A stretch of DNA of 63,973 bases, counting the filler, from Reclinomonas americana ATCC 50394 (taxonomy: Eukaryota), in NCBI GenBank assembly GCA_048213135.1. It is 7 parts of 3 records of this genome, joined end to end, with 100 filler letters (N's around TTAATTAATTAA, not from the genome) between each part and the next. Parts side by side here need not be neighbours in the genome. Positions count along the whole stretch, not along the records: positions 1 to 27,337 come from PS015111.1; 6 more parts are not named here. One strand, written 5' to 3'. The position numbers were made by a program, and so were the translations under genes. A model generated the notes under the pieces. That model worked only from the letters and a program-made list of their open reading frames with translations, was not told the origin of the DNA and ran no database searches. This document shows, piece by piece, positions 8,581-21,700 of the stretch (position 1 is the stretch's first letter; every line of letters begins with the position of its first letter).

Positions 8581-11500
8581 ATGAGCGACTCATGGTGGTA
8601 CTCTCGCACCGCTCTTCCCGCGCAAGCACTCACCCATGCGCTCACACTGGCCACGAATGACACACTCGCGATCATAAGAGTAAGTGAGAGAGGGAGAGAC
8701 ACAGAGAAGAGAGAGAGTGTGTGTGAAAGAGTGTGAAAGAGTGAGTAGTCAAGGCGACGACTTAGGTGACGACTTAGGCGTGAGTGTGAGAGAAGAGAGA
8801 GAGAAATGTGAGAGAGGAGAAAGACTGCTCTGTCTTANNNNNNNNNNNNNNNNNNNNNNNNNNNNNNNNNNNNNNNNNNNNNNNNNNNNNNNNNNNNNNN
8901 NNNNNNNNNNNNNNNNNNNNNNNNNNNNNNNNNNNNNNNNNNNNNNNNNNNNNNNNNNNNNNNNNNNNNNNNNNNNNNNNNNNNNNNNNNNNNNNNNNNN
9001 NNNNNNNNAGTGGAGGGGAGGGTAGAGGGAGAGGGAGAGGTAAAGGGGGGAGAATAGGAACAATCTTCAGGTTGATTGACGTTGTCTCTCCTTCTGTTTT
9101 GTCTGCCTGCTCTTCTTCTTCTTCCTCTCCTCTTGCTCTTCTTGGTTACGTGTTGGCGTGTTAGTCGCTGTCTTGTTCTCGTTCCTCCTCATCTTCTTCT
9201 ACTCTTCTCCTGCCTCTTCTTCCTATACCAGCGCTTCTTCTTCCTCCATTCTTCTTCTTCCTCCATTCTTCTTCTTCCTCCATTCTTCTTCTTCCTCCAT
9301 TCTTCTTCTTCCTCCATTCTTCTTCTTCCTCCATTCTTCTTCTTCCTCCATTCTTCTTCTCCGTAGACTTGTCCGTGTAGCTTTCATCTTGATCTTGATG
9401 TTGTCTCTCCTTCTGTTTTGTCTGCCTTCTCTTCTTCTTCTTCTTCCTCTCCTTCTCCTTCTCGTGCCTCCTCATCTTGCTGCTGTCTCTTCCTCTCCTG
9501 CCTCGTATTGCTCTTCTACGCCTTTCCTGCCTTCTCCAGTCTTCTCCTTCTTCGTCCTCGTTATTTACTTGTCCTTGTAGCTTTTCATCTTGATCTTGAT
9601 GCTGTATCTCCCTCTTCCACTCTTCTATTTCCTGCTCTCCTCCATGGACAAGAAAAGATGGAGGACGAGGTTAAAGAATAGAGAGGGGCAGAAGAGCAAG
9701 AAGAAGAGCGAGACGAAGACTGCCTTTGCGTGCCTGTCAAACTCTGGCGGAAGTATGGCACCGGTGCTCACTTTCTTGACGATTTTAATCACTGCCTGTT
9801 TCTCTTGCCCGGCACCTGTGCATTCTTCCTCCACCCTCCCTCACCCTTCTCCCCTTCCCCCTTTTCCCCCTTCCTCCCTTCCTTTTTACAGTTGCTGGCC
9901 CTCACCTCCGACTCCGGTCGCCTCACCCTCCTCGACCTCTCGCCCACCCGCTCCGCCGACGGCGCCGACGACTCGCTGGGCGCGCCCTCCGCACCACGGG
10001 TCGCCCAGCACATTGCTGTCGGGCCCGCCGGCACTCACCTCCGCGTGCCCAACCGGCTGTGCAGACCACACGAGTCGTTGCGTGTCTGATTGAAAGAGAA
10101 GGAATCGGAGACGACAGTACGCAGCGAGCAGAGTGGCAGGCAGTGTGATGGACGATGATGATAGGTGGTGACTGTGAGAGATTGGAGGGTCGAACGATCG
10201 AGCGAGCAGAGTGATAGTGATCTAAGAGAAAAGAGAAGGAATCGGAGACAGCAGTACGCAGTGAGCAGTGTGAGAGAGAGTGAGTGAGAGAGAGAGAGAG
10301 ATTGTAACGCTTATTTCCCTCACACACCCTCCTTTATCTGCACAGTGGCCGCGTGGTGGCGCTGGCAGCGGCGGAAGAAATGATTTCGCTGCACTTTTTC
10401 GAAGCCGCTTCTCGCAAGTTCTCAGAGGAGGTGCGGGTGTCGAATGAGACAGTGCTTCTGCACAGCTTCTGCGCCTCATTCTTTGTTGCAGGCCTATACA
10501 CTGACGGTGTCGGGTGTTCTCCTCGATTTGTGTTGGCTTCCACGCGCTGCCGATTCCTCTGTGTTGTCGCTGGCTGCCCTCTCTGTGAGGTGCGTTGTCT
10601 ATGTTTTCGTACCTCTCTCCCGTGTCTCATCCCTTTTCGCACAGAACGGGCCACGAAACCTACGACATCCAGGTGTGGGATGTGTTTCTCGAGGACCAGA
10701 GCGGCAAGCTGCGGCGACGTATGCGCTTCGGTCCGGAGGCTCCGCGCACCGCAGTGTTGCGTTAGATTCTGCCAATTGACGTCTTTCACGGACAATATTT
10801 CCTCCTGTGCCTTCTCCTCCCTTTCTCCGTTGTCCTCATTGCCTTCACGCCATCTCTGCCTTTCCTCTCATTCTGCGCCTTCTCCTTTTCCTGATTCACT
10901 GCGTTCTCCTCGCTGTCATTCATCCTCTCTGCCTTTCCTTTCATTCTGCGCCATCTCCTCCTTCACTTCTCCCTCTTCACTGCCTTCTCATCCTCTCTGC
11001 CTTTTCTCTCCTTCTGCTCTTCATCGCCTTCTACAGCTTCACTGCGGTCTCCTCTCTTTTTTCATCCAGTATCTGTCTCTCCTCCTGTGTGCTCTCCTCC
11101 TTCGCTACGGTGTCTGGTCTGCCTTCACGTCATCTCTACTTTTCTCTTCTTGCCGCATTCTCCTTTTATCGCCTTCTCCTCCTCCTGTGCCTTCTTCTCG
11201 CTGTTTTTCATCCTCGCTGAATATCATCGTCTCTGCCTTTTCTCTCCTCCTTTGCCTTCTCCCTCTTCGCTGCCATCTCATCCTCTCTGCTTTCCTCCCC
11301 TTCTCCTCTTGATCTCCTTTCCCTGATTCACTGCGTTCTCCTCGCTGTTTTTCATCCAATCTCTGCCCCTCTCCTCCTGCGCGCTCTCCTCCTTCACTTC
11401 TTTCTCTTCACTGCCCTCTTATTCTCTCTGCCTTTCTCTCCTTCTCCTCTTCGTTGCCTTCTCCTGCTTCAGTGTGTACTCCTGGTTGTTTTTGCACCCT

Positions 11501-14500
11501 CTCTGCCTGTCCTCTCCTTCTCCTCTTCGTTGCCTTCTCCTTTTTCACTGCTTCCTCCTCGCTGCTCTCTCCCGTCTCACTTCATTCTCCCCCTTCTCCT
11601 CCGTCTCCTTCTCCTCCTTCTCCTTCTCCTCCTCCTCCTTCCACACAGGGTGCCATCGGTCAACTTCTTCACTCCCATCGCACTGGCTCTCCGTCGATTC
11701 GCCACTCAGGCGCGCCCCAGCGGCATCGAGTACAACGCTGGCTGCGATGAGCTCTTTCGCAATTTCTCAATGAGCCGACCCGGCGTCGATGGCGACGACG
11801 AGGACGAGAACGGCGCAGATGGAAGCAGTGCAGGTTGCGAGGAGGTGGTGGCCTCTACCACCGTGCCGTCCTTCAATCGCCCCGACGACGTGGTGATGGA
11901 CGACGCCGATGCTGCCGACCGCCGTCGTGCACCCAAGCGCATTCCCGCCCTGCTGTCTCTCGAGCCGATTCCGTGGGAACCCGAGTTGCTGGGCGTGTGG
12001 ATGGAGGGCTCATTCAACCTCATTCATCTCGGTCGCATGGTGCACCTCAGCTCCTCGTACCTGCCGCCGCCCTCGGTCGATGTGGAGACGAAGACAAAGT
12101 CGTCGGGTAAGGCGATGAAGAATTGTGTGTATGTGGATCTCCTCGCTGACTTGACCTCCTCCAGGTGTTTTGCGCGCGTGTTCATGCCCGCTGGCGTCGC
12201 AGTCGGCATTCCTCGTCAACACCGAATTCGGCGACACCTACGTGATGAGACTGGTGGAGGGGTTGGTCGGCGAGCCGGCACATGTCGGTCTGTTCGCGAT
12301 GACATCATGCCACTCGATGCTTGTGCGCCTGAAGTGCTCTCCTTTGGCGCAGAATTCGACTTTGTCGCGCGATACGCACCAGGCCTCGCGCTGCTGCCTG
12401 TCGGCCCGCAAGAAGCATCGTTCTTCTTCCTGGGTTCGGTGTGCGATCAGTCGACGATTATCCAAGTTGAGTGTTGGCGGGAGGGGGAGAGAGGGAGGAA
12501 GAGAAGGGAGGTAGGAAGAGAACAAGAGTTACAGAAAGGGAGAGAGTCAGATAGAAGTGGGGAAGCAGATGGCAAGACTCATGGAAATGCCCGAGAGCAG
12601 GAGAGAGTGATAAAATGTTGACGAAGTTTGTGTGATTGAGTGAGAGAGACGAGACAGTGTTAGTGAGGAAGTGTTATCTAAGTTTGTCGCCCTTTCGTGG
12701 CGTACATTGTATGCGACTGCGAGAGGAATGGAGTGTGTGTTATTGCTCACTACATTCGTTCATTGTGGTGTTTGTTGTATGCACTTGTGTGTGAAAGAGG
12801 GAAGAGAGAAAGAGACTGTGTGTGAGAGGGAGGGAGAGAGAATGCATGCTGCCACTGCACACATACATCGTGGCGCTTGTGTGCGACTGTTTGTGCGTCT
12901 GTGTGTGAGACTGAGAGCCTTATGGCTGTGGTTCTTTTGTGTGAAAGTGTCGATGTGAGAATTGCTCCTTCTGCTGACTCGCTTTTCAGATTGCCTTCGA
13001 CGAGGAAGGTCGGGCCTGCGACTCAACTGTCGTGCATCGCTTCAGCGAGGTGTTGCCGTGTGTGGACTTCGACGTGGCCGATATCAACGGCGAGGTGAGA
13101 GAGAATGCAGTTCTTCTTCCCTTCTCCACTTCCTTAATGCTCTCCTTTTCTACTCTCCAGGGCCAGAGCCAGGTCATGTGCGTCTCAGGTCGCGACTCGG
13201 GCGGTCAACTCAGTGTCATTCGCAACGGACTGGGAGTTACTCGGCTCGACCGCACGCCGCCGACTTATGAAGGGTTCTCTTTGTTGCCTCTTTTCCCTTC
13301 CCTCTTTGTGATCTCATTCTGTCACGCGCTGCAGTTTGAACGGCATGTGGACCACCAGCTCGAATGGCGCCGACTGCTTTGACGAATTCCTCGCCATGAG
13401 TTTCACGGGAGGTACCCGCGTGCTGGCACTGGAGCGTGATTCAGCAGACGTCAGGTTCGACTTGCGGTGATGGTCTTCTTGCCTCTTCATCTCTTTCGTA
13501 ATTTCGCTGCTGCCGCAGTGACGACCTCGGTCTCGCCACCGAGTCGTCCAGCGTTCTCGTACACCAGTTCATGCGCTGCAGAATGCTTGCGCAAGTCACC
13601 AGCGACATGGCGCTCCTGGTCGATCCGCGAACCCCGGCTGCACATCGTTCTGTGTGCCACGGTCGATTGTTTATTAGTACCCCCATATCTGACGCGTCGA
13701 TTGTGTCGCAGGCTGCACGTGGCAACCACCTCCGGGCAGCCGTATCGCCGTCGCCGCGGCGGGCGAATGGCTCTCCGACGCACTCGCCGAGTGTATTGTG
13801 CTCAGCGTCGCGGAAAGTGGCGAGTCGTCGCGCATCATCGTACTGCGCGTGGATCCAGCGTCGCGCACACTTGAGCAGTTGCGTGTGCGCGCCTTGGGTG
13901 TTTCCTGCATGGGCGGTGTGTCTAATCTCGCGCTCGCAGATTCGGTGGTGAGACGGTTGTTGACGAGGACATTAGTTGCATGTGGATCCCACCTCGCTCG
14001 GAGGCGCTAGATGCGTGGTGAGTGTGCGCGTCCACTAATCGTGCATGGAAGAGGAGAGAGGGGGCGGGGAAGAGAATTAGGAGGAAGAAAAGAGAATCGG
14101 AGAGGAGCTGGCGAGTTTTTTTGCTTGTATATCACTTCGTGAGAGAGTGAAGGAGAGAATGCGAACCGCTCGAGAGATCGAGCAGTGTGATGTAAGCTAG
14201 GAGAGTTCAGAGAGTTTGACCCGGCTTGAAGAGCACTAGGAAGATGGCAATGCAAGCAGATTGGAATTGCAAGCAGAAGAAGTGTTGAAGGCAGAGGAGC
14301 AGACGCATATTGTCGCTTAAAGTCACTTTATGAAAGAGCTTAAACTTCTTTCATGCTGTGCAACGAAAATGAGTTGTTAGAGTCATGGTTGAAGAGCTCG
14401 TCCCCATTTGCTGACTTTCTGCGCCCCACCAGGCCCGCACTCCAGAACACAGTTCTCGTCGGCACGCATGCATGCCACGTGCACGTGCTACGCTTCTCGG

Positions 14501-17500
14501 GCACGCAGTCGGAGCCACTGCAGCGAGCGCTCACCATTGGCACCAGTTTCGTCTCGCCCTCTCACTCGCCATGCTGTTATTGCTTCTCACCTCATGCGCT
14601 CTGGCAGCCTCGTCGGCCAAGAGCAGCGCCGAGGGCGCCCTGGGCGTGCCACAGTCAGTGCACCTCTCGTTCGAGCCGTACGAGACCGACAGTGGTGCAT
14701 TCCGACTGGTACCGCGACTCTTCTTTGGTCTGCGCGACGGCACGCTGGCCTGGTGTGACATTCTGCGCACGGACGACAGTCACTTGCACGACGTTGCAGT
14801 GTCGCCGTTGAATGCGAAGCGTGTGGGCCAGTTGCGCGCATTTACACGCCCTGATATCGCTTTCGTCTGTGCCACCCACCATTGCGATGAATCGTCAGAA
14901 AACCGGTGGCACTCTTTCCACTCAAGTCTGCCAATGCCTCGGAGCGCCCGCTCAGCCGTCTCTTTGTAATGTCAGACACGGCCTGGTTGACGCTTCTCGG
15001 GCAACCTCATTCGCCAGCAGAGTCACGCTCCGACATTGAATTGGTGTCGGTGTGCGTCTCCAATGTTGCGGTGGCAGGAGTGGGTAAAGTAGTTTACAAT
15101 TGCCGATACTGACGTCTCATTGCAGGCGGCATTCGGTGCTTCTTTGCACACACCGGCGTGCGCGGGTGGTGTGATTCTGTGGATTGACAATGCGTTGCAT
15201 GTGTGCACACTGAGTGACAATGTGCGGACGAATGTGCAGTCATTGGCAATTGGCAAGGTTTGGAACGGGAAGAGGGAAGAGGAAAGGGTCGTGAGAAGGA
15301 AAGATTATGGCATGTTCTGACCACCTGTAATCCTCGTCGTTCCTTTGGCATTGTGCTCCCTTTCTGGTCTTGGATGCCCACGTCCTCCGCTGCATGACAA
15401 CCTTCAATTCTCTTTCCATGTCTTGTCGTCGCCATGTATTCTCGTCCGACGTTGCCTCTTTATTGTCCATGTCTTTGTGTATTCTGGGCTTGGTTGGACC
15501 TGTTGTGCTCTTTTCCCCCTTCTTTCTCTTCGGTCGGTTTGTCGTCTAACATTGCTTCTTGATGGTGTGTGCCTGCGGTGGGCAGTGCACCTTGTCGCTC
15601 GCTGCCCTCATCCCCTTACCCTCTCTCTGCTCTCTCCTTTCCCCCTCCACTCACCGTGCACGGACGACAGACCCCACGACGCATTCTATACCTTCGCGGT
15701 TTTACCGACGTCGCCGGCGTCGACGCAGCCTCCAATGTCAAGGGTCTGGTGGCTGTGGCATCCACCGGCTATGTGGTACGCGCGGGTGAGGCGGTGGTGC
15801 GCTCTGAATTGCGCTTCGCCGATGCTCGCACGATGGAGTGGGTGACGCCGCCCGTTGCCATGCGCTCGGGATATCAAATTTACTCGCTGGCAGGTGTGTT
15901 GTGTGTCGTTGGCATCTCTCTGTGCACGAGTCATTAGCTTCGCTTTCACCTTCTGGGCGTTGTTCTGCACGCATTCTGCTGTGTGGAAGTTTCCTCCATC
16001 TTCTTGTTTGCAAGTCTGCACAACTGCAATTTTGCAGCGAGTGGAGTGTATTATTTCTCATATCTCCTTGCATCCTCTTCATATTGCCTCTCCTCCCTTG
16101 CCTCTCTACTCTCCTCTCCTCTCCTCTCCTCTCCTCTCCTCTTCTATCCTCTCCTCTCCTCTTCTCTCTTCTCCTATCCTCTCCTCCCCTTCGCCCCTCC
16201 TCTCCTCTCCTCTCCTCTCCTCTTGCCTTTCCTCTCCTCTCCTCTCTTCTCCTATCCTCTCCTCCCCTTCTCCCCTCCTCTTGCCTCTCCTGTCCTCTCC
16301 TCTTGCCTCTCCTCTCCTCTCCTCTCTTTTTCCCATCCTTCTCCCTTTCGCTGCCCTTTCTCCTTTCCCTCACTCTCCCTCCCCCCTCCCCTTTCCCCCT
16401 TCTCCCTTCCCACCTTCCCCTTTCCCTCCAGAATGGTGCTGGACCAGCGACAGCGGACGACACCATCTCCTCTGCGTGGGCATGGGCGCGGGCTCCGGCC
16501 GATCACAGTCCGGTCGCCTCCTGCTCTTCTCCATGCGCCGCGATCCAGAGGCCGGAGCGCAGGAAGCGGTTTGTCTTCCAATCCCTTTCAGTGATTCGCA
16601 TCTCTCCATTCTCACTTTGCCCTCAATGCCAACAGCACGTGCAACTCCTACGCGTCGGCAAGATCCACCTCGGTGGCGTGTGCTATTGCATCCTGCCGCA
16701 CTCGCCCGAGATGCTGATCATTTCCTCGGGACCCGACATTTTCGTGCTCCGACGTGCAGCATCGTCGCCAGGCGCCCCTTCCCCAGACCCCGCAAACGCC
16801 AGCGGCGCGTGGCCTCTGCAGCGCTTCAATGCCGCCGCCGAAGTGTCCGTCATTGTGCACCGGCAACACGTGTTTGCCGCCACCTCCCGCACACCAATGT
16901 TTGGTCTGTTGCTGTCCGGCATCACACGCACCAGCCAGTTTGTCATGTCGCTGTCGTCCGTCGGCGGCACGCGAGTGGTGGCCACGGATCGGTGTGATGG
17001 AACACTGCTGTACGTGCTACTGCCGACGGGCGAGCTGAAGTATGCGTTGGGGTGCGTGTGTCTGATTTCGGAAAATGGATGAGTTGTGTTGAAAGGTAGA
17101 GACCGATACCCGTCTGTGGTTCTGCGCAGAGAGCAAGCACGTCGACTGATGAGCACGGTGACGGCGGTGAACGACACGGACTTTTGGGGTGTTGACAAGT
17201 TCGGAGGCGTGTATCTCGATGTGAAGCGTGAAGGTGAGTGTCAACCATTCTCTGCTTTGCCTTTCTCTCTCCAGTCTCTTCATCAGTAGATAGCGTACTC
17301 TCCCTGTCTTCTCTTTTCCCTGCTTTTTTCTTCCTCTCGCGACCTCCTATCCGTTCTCCTTTTTCTTCCCTTCTCCCCCTTCTCTTCTCCTCTCCCCCTT
17401 TTCTTCCCCTCTACCCCGTCTCTTCTCCTCTCCCCCTTCTTCCGCTCCTCCTCCTTTTCCGCGCTTCTCACCCCCCTTGCCCTCTTTAGAGCTCGTGCAA

Positions 17501-18660
17501 AAGCAGCAAAATCTGCAACTCATGTGCTTTGGCACGCTGCCTGGCGTGGGCATCCGCATCCGACCGGGAACTCTCATCCGTCGCTACGTCCGCTCCGATG
17601 CCGCCAGCGGCGGTTTCGACGACCCCATGTCGTCACAGCGAAGCGGTGGTGCTGCTGCTGCTGCGTCGGCCGCGGTCGCCTCGCAGGATATGCTGGGTGG
17701 TTTGTGATCGATGACTCTCTCCCTCTCTTTTTTCCATCTCTCGCGCTCAGTAGTGCTTGTGGTGTTGCAGATCGCCAGCGATTGCTGGTGTTGACATACT
17801 CTGGAGCCGTGTTCGTCCTCTGCAGTTTGACCAAGGACGAGTCGGCACTCCTCACGGACATTGAGCAGGCCATGTGCGTAGTCGATCGTCATCTCTCTGT
17901 CTGCTGTGATCTTTGTCAGCGAAAGCCTGCTCTCCTTTCCGTCTCTGCCCCTTCTCGACTTCCTCTCCCGTCTCCAACTCTCACCTCCTCCACATGTTAT
18001 TTTCCTCTCAGCTCTCCATTTTGTTCCCTGTTCCTCTTCTCCCTTTCTCTTCCTTCCCCTGCTCCCCTTTTTTTCTCTTTCCGCCTCCTTTTCCCTGTCT
18101 CCCTATCTTACCTGTTTCCCTTCTCCCTTTCTCCTTCGCTCTTCTCGCCTACACCGTCTCCTTTCTTCTTTCTTCTCCCCTGTCTCCCATTCTCCCTTTC
18201 TCCCTTTCTCCCTTTCTCCCTTCCCCCTTCTCCTCTTCTCCCCTTCCCCCTTCTCCCCTGTCTCCCTTTTTTCCCTGCTTCCCTTCCCCCTTCACCCTCG
18301 TTCCCGTTCTCCCTTCTCATTCCGGTTGCACAGGATGGAAGCCGAAGCCTGCCCATCCCTCCTCGGCCACGATCCCCGCTGGTCACACAGCAAATGCGGC
18401 GTCAGCCGGTGCGTGTCCTATCACTTGCCTTCCCCCTGTCTCTCCCGCCTCCTCCTCATTCCCTTCCCAGACACCTGGTCCACGGCGACTACCTCGACAA
18501 ATTTGTTAACGAAATGGCGGAACCTCAACAGCGTGCGCTGCTTGAGCGAGTGGCCGGCAAACGACGACTCTCCGCCGGCTCACTATCGTCGGGCGACGCC
18601 GTCGCTGCGCTCTACGAAGAAGTCCGCTCGCTCATTACCACCCTCCACGACGCCGTGTAA
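8581..18660 (+). CDS. DDB1/SF3B3/CPSF160-superfamily beta-propeller protein (Mms1/RSE1-like), multi-exon, with a gap near the 5' end
   Basis: Spliced segments read MSDSWWYSRTALP, LLALTSDSGRLTLL, GRVVALAAAEE, PCVDFDVADINGEGQSQVMCVSGRDSGGQLSVIRNGLGV, YEGLNGMWT, EDISCMWI, VGMGAG...SGRLLLF, TYSGAV and HLVHGDYLDKF, all typical of this family. Exact orthology is uncertain. Confidence 0.8.
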
Positions 18661-18707
18661 ACAAGAAAACTATTATCATCATTCACTCCATGTTTTTTTC
18701 TCGCTTC

Positions 18708-21700
18708 TCACTTGACGCCGCTGCCGGGTGAATCGCCTGACGGTGCTGTCGACTTGGTCGCTGAGGTACTGGTGGTGGTGGTGGTGGTGGTTGACGAGGA
18801 CGACGACACAATGGTGGCCGAGAGATTCGACGAGGCGTACGCAGCGAAGCGATTGGGTGGCGCCTGCTTCGGCGTCGTCACCGGCGTGCGATTCGGCGGC
18901 GTGCCGGTGATGGTGCCGGGTGTGCGACCGCCGGTCAGCGTCGTGCCGAGAATCGAGGTGGCCGGACTCCGATACGAGTTGGAGATCATGGCCGCGACAT
19001 GCGCGCGCAACGGCGCGTCGTCATCGTCGTCGTCGCCGCCGGCCGTGGGTGAGCCCGCCGGACTAAAGTTCGGCGTGGCACTTCTCNNNNNNNNNNNNNN
19101 NNNNNNTTTTTTCGCATGGCAGTGTCGACGGTCAAGGAGGCCACCGATGAACGTGAGCGGTTGCAGGAGTTGGTGAATGCTTTGAAGGCGGCCTACATGA
19201 ATCAAGGCCAGACACTGCGGTCGCAGAAGCGAACGCTGGTCGATGTTGCGTCTCCTCCACCATCTCTTTGAGTGCGTGTGTTTCTCACTTGCTCTGTGGC
19301 GCATCAGTCGCTGCACAAGAAGGAGCGACAAGTGAACCTGGCGACGGCCGAGTCACCCACGCTGCGCACGAACGAACGATCGTCGCAAAAGCCGGCGGGT
19401 GACACGAGTAGCAATACGTCGCCAGTTTCCTCGCAGAGCTCCACGCGCGGCCGCTCACCGACCGCCATGTTGGAGATGATGGGCAGCGGTGGCAGCAGTG
19501 CTCACCGGCCCGTCTCACGTTCCTCATCGAATCCGGCACGCGCGGCGCCACCCGCAGTGAACCGGTCNNNNNNNNNNNNNNNNNNNNGAGTCAGCGTGAA
19601 GCACATCGCACAGATCAAAGCATTCGCACGCAACAGTGCTTTTCGTATTTCTCCGTGACCAATCGCAACTCCTCGCGCACCATGTCGAGGCGGTTCTCGT
19701 AGTGCTACAACCATCGAGAAACGAAGTGAGTTCCTTCTCTCCACACCGATAGCATTCTCTCGAGCGCCACCAAACGCAACCGACGAATCCTGCTTGTAGG
19801 CCGCCAATCGCACACTCAGCTCGCCCTTCTCCTCCACCAAATCCTTTATCCTGTTCTCCAGCTCAGCATTCATGTCCTCCAGTGTGCGGATGCGCTCCTG
19901 CAGCAGGCTCGTCGTGTTGACAAACTTGTCGTTGGCGTCATGGAGGGCAGAGGCGGCCTGCGCGCAAAAAAAGAAGAGTTGAGGAAGGGTGGGTGAGGAG
20001 AGGCATCATCTCTCCACGTCGGACATCTAAAACTACGACCCGCTCGACATCTCTTTCCCCACATCCTTCTCAGCTTGTTCTCCATCTCAGCTCTTTGTCA
20101 ACGTAGTGCATTTTTCCTCACTCTCTTCTCCTTTTGTTCTTGCCTCTATCTCATCTCTGCTCTCCTTCTTCACTTCGATTCTCCAGTCTGCCATCTCCTT
20201 CACCTCTCCTCCCATTCTCTCTCTTCTTCCTCTCCCCTGCTGTTCTTTACATTGCTCTCGGCTCTCAAATCTCACCGTTCCAATTTCGTTTCTCCATTCT
20301 CCTCTCTTTCTTCTCTCTCTCTCCCTCCCCTATCTTCTCCGTCCAGAGCTAACCTCTTCTCTTGCCTCCTAATTGCTGTCGGATCTCTCTGTTCCTCTCT
20401 TCTCTGATCCTCTCCTAATCCTGTCCTACCCCTTAACATTGTAAGTCTCTTCTCTTCTCACACTCACCGCCTCTCCATTCTCTTTCAGTTACTCTTACCT
20501 CACCGTTTCTCCATTCTTCTCTCCCCTCCTATCCTTAGCCCCCACCCCTTCTCCTTTTCTTCCTCTCTTTCACTCTCCTCCCCCTCATATCCTCAGCCCC
20601 CACCCCTTCCCCTTTTCCTCCCTTTCCCTCTATTCCCCTTTATCCTTCCCCATCCGCACCTCCCTCAGCTTCTCCTGATCCTCCGCATTGCTCTCCCGCA
20701 ACAACTCCAGCTCATCCTGCAACTCCTTGATACTCTTGCGCAAATCCGCCACCACCGCCGACAGCCCAGTGACCTCGTCGGACAGCATGCGATTCTCCTC
20801 GCGGAGAACATTGTTGGCATCCTCCTTGTTCTGCATGTCGGTCGTCAAGCGCGCCTTGTCGGCCTCGAGACGTGCATTGGCCTGCGCTGGCGACATGAGA
20901 CGAAGACTGCTCCCCTTCATCAACCATTCTCTCCTTTGCCCACGCACCTTTTCCATTTGTCGCACAGTCTCCAGATGCTCGGCCAAGCGATCCTTGAGGA
21001 CCTCCAGCTCACCAACACGTCTGAGGGCGTCGGCCAGTCGCTTGTTCAGCATGCTGTTGTCTCCCGTCAGCGTCTCATTGGCCACCATGGCCGCATTCGA
21101 CGACTCCTGCAGCTGGGCGTTGCGCGTCTCGAGATCGGCCACCTTGTCCGACAGTGCAACCAGCTGCACCGACAAAGGGGGAACAAACGAAAGTGTCGGT
21201 CGCATACCAGCTTTGCCAGAAAGGAAAACGCACACACAACCGCACCGTCATCTTCTCCTTTGCTCGTTCCTGGATGAGAGCCTCCTTGCCGCGAGTGAGT
21301 CGTTCCACAGCATCGCACAGCTCCACGCGCTCCTCCGACAAGGTCTTGGTGCGCTCCGCCTGCTCCGCTGCCGTCGCCTCCAGTTTTCGACACAGCGCCT
21401 CCACCTCCTCGATGCGCTTCTGGCGTGCCGACGCCCATGCCTCCGATTTGGTCTGTCGTTCCCGCGTTTCGGCATGTCGAGTGCGCTCGTTCTCCAGCTG
21501 GGATTCCAACTGTAGGCGCAGGAAATTGGTGAGTGGCAGGATTCATCCCAGAGAAACCAACACACATTACCTCGGCGACTCTCCGATTGGCCGTCAACAG
21601 ATCACGCTCGGCGATCTGCTGCCCATCGCGCGATTGCGACAGCTCCTGTTGAACGCGCCCGACCGCCTCCTCCGCCGCCAAAGCCTACAGTGAGACGAGT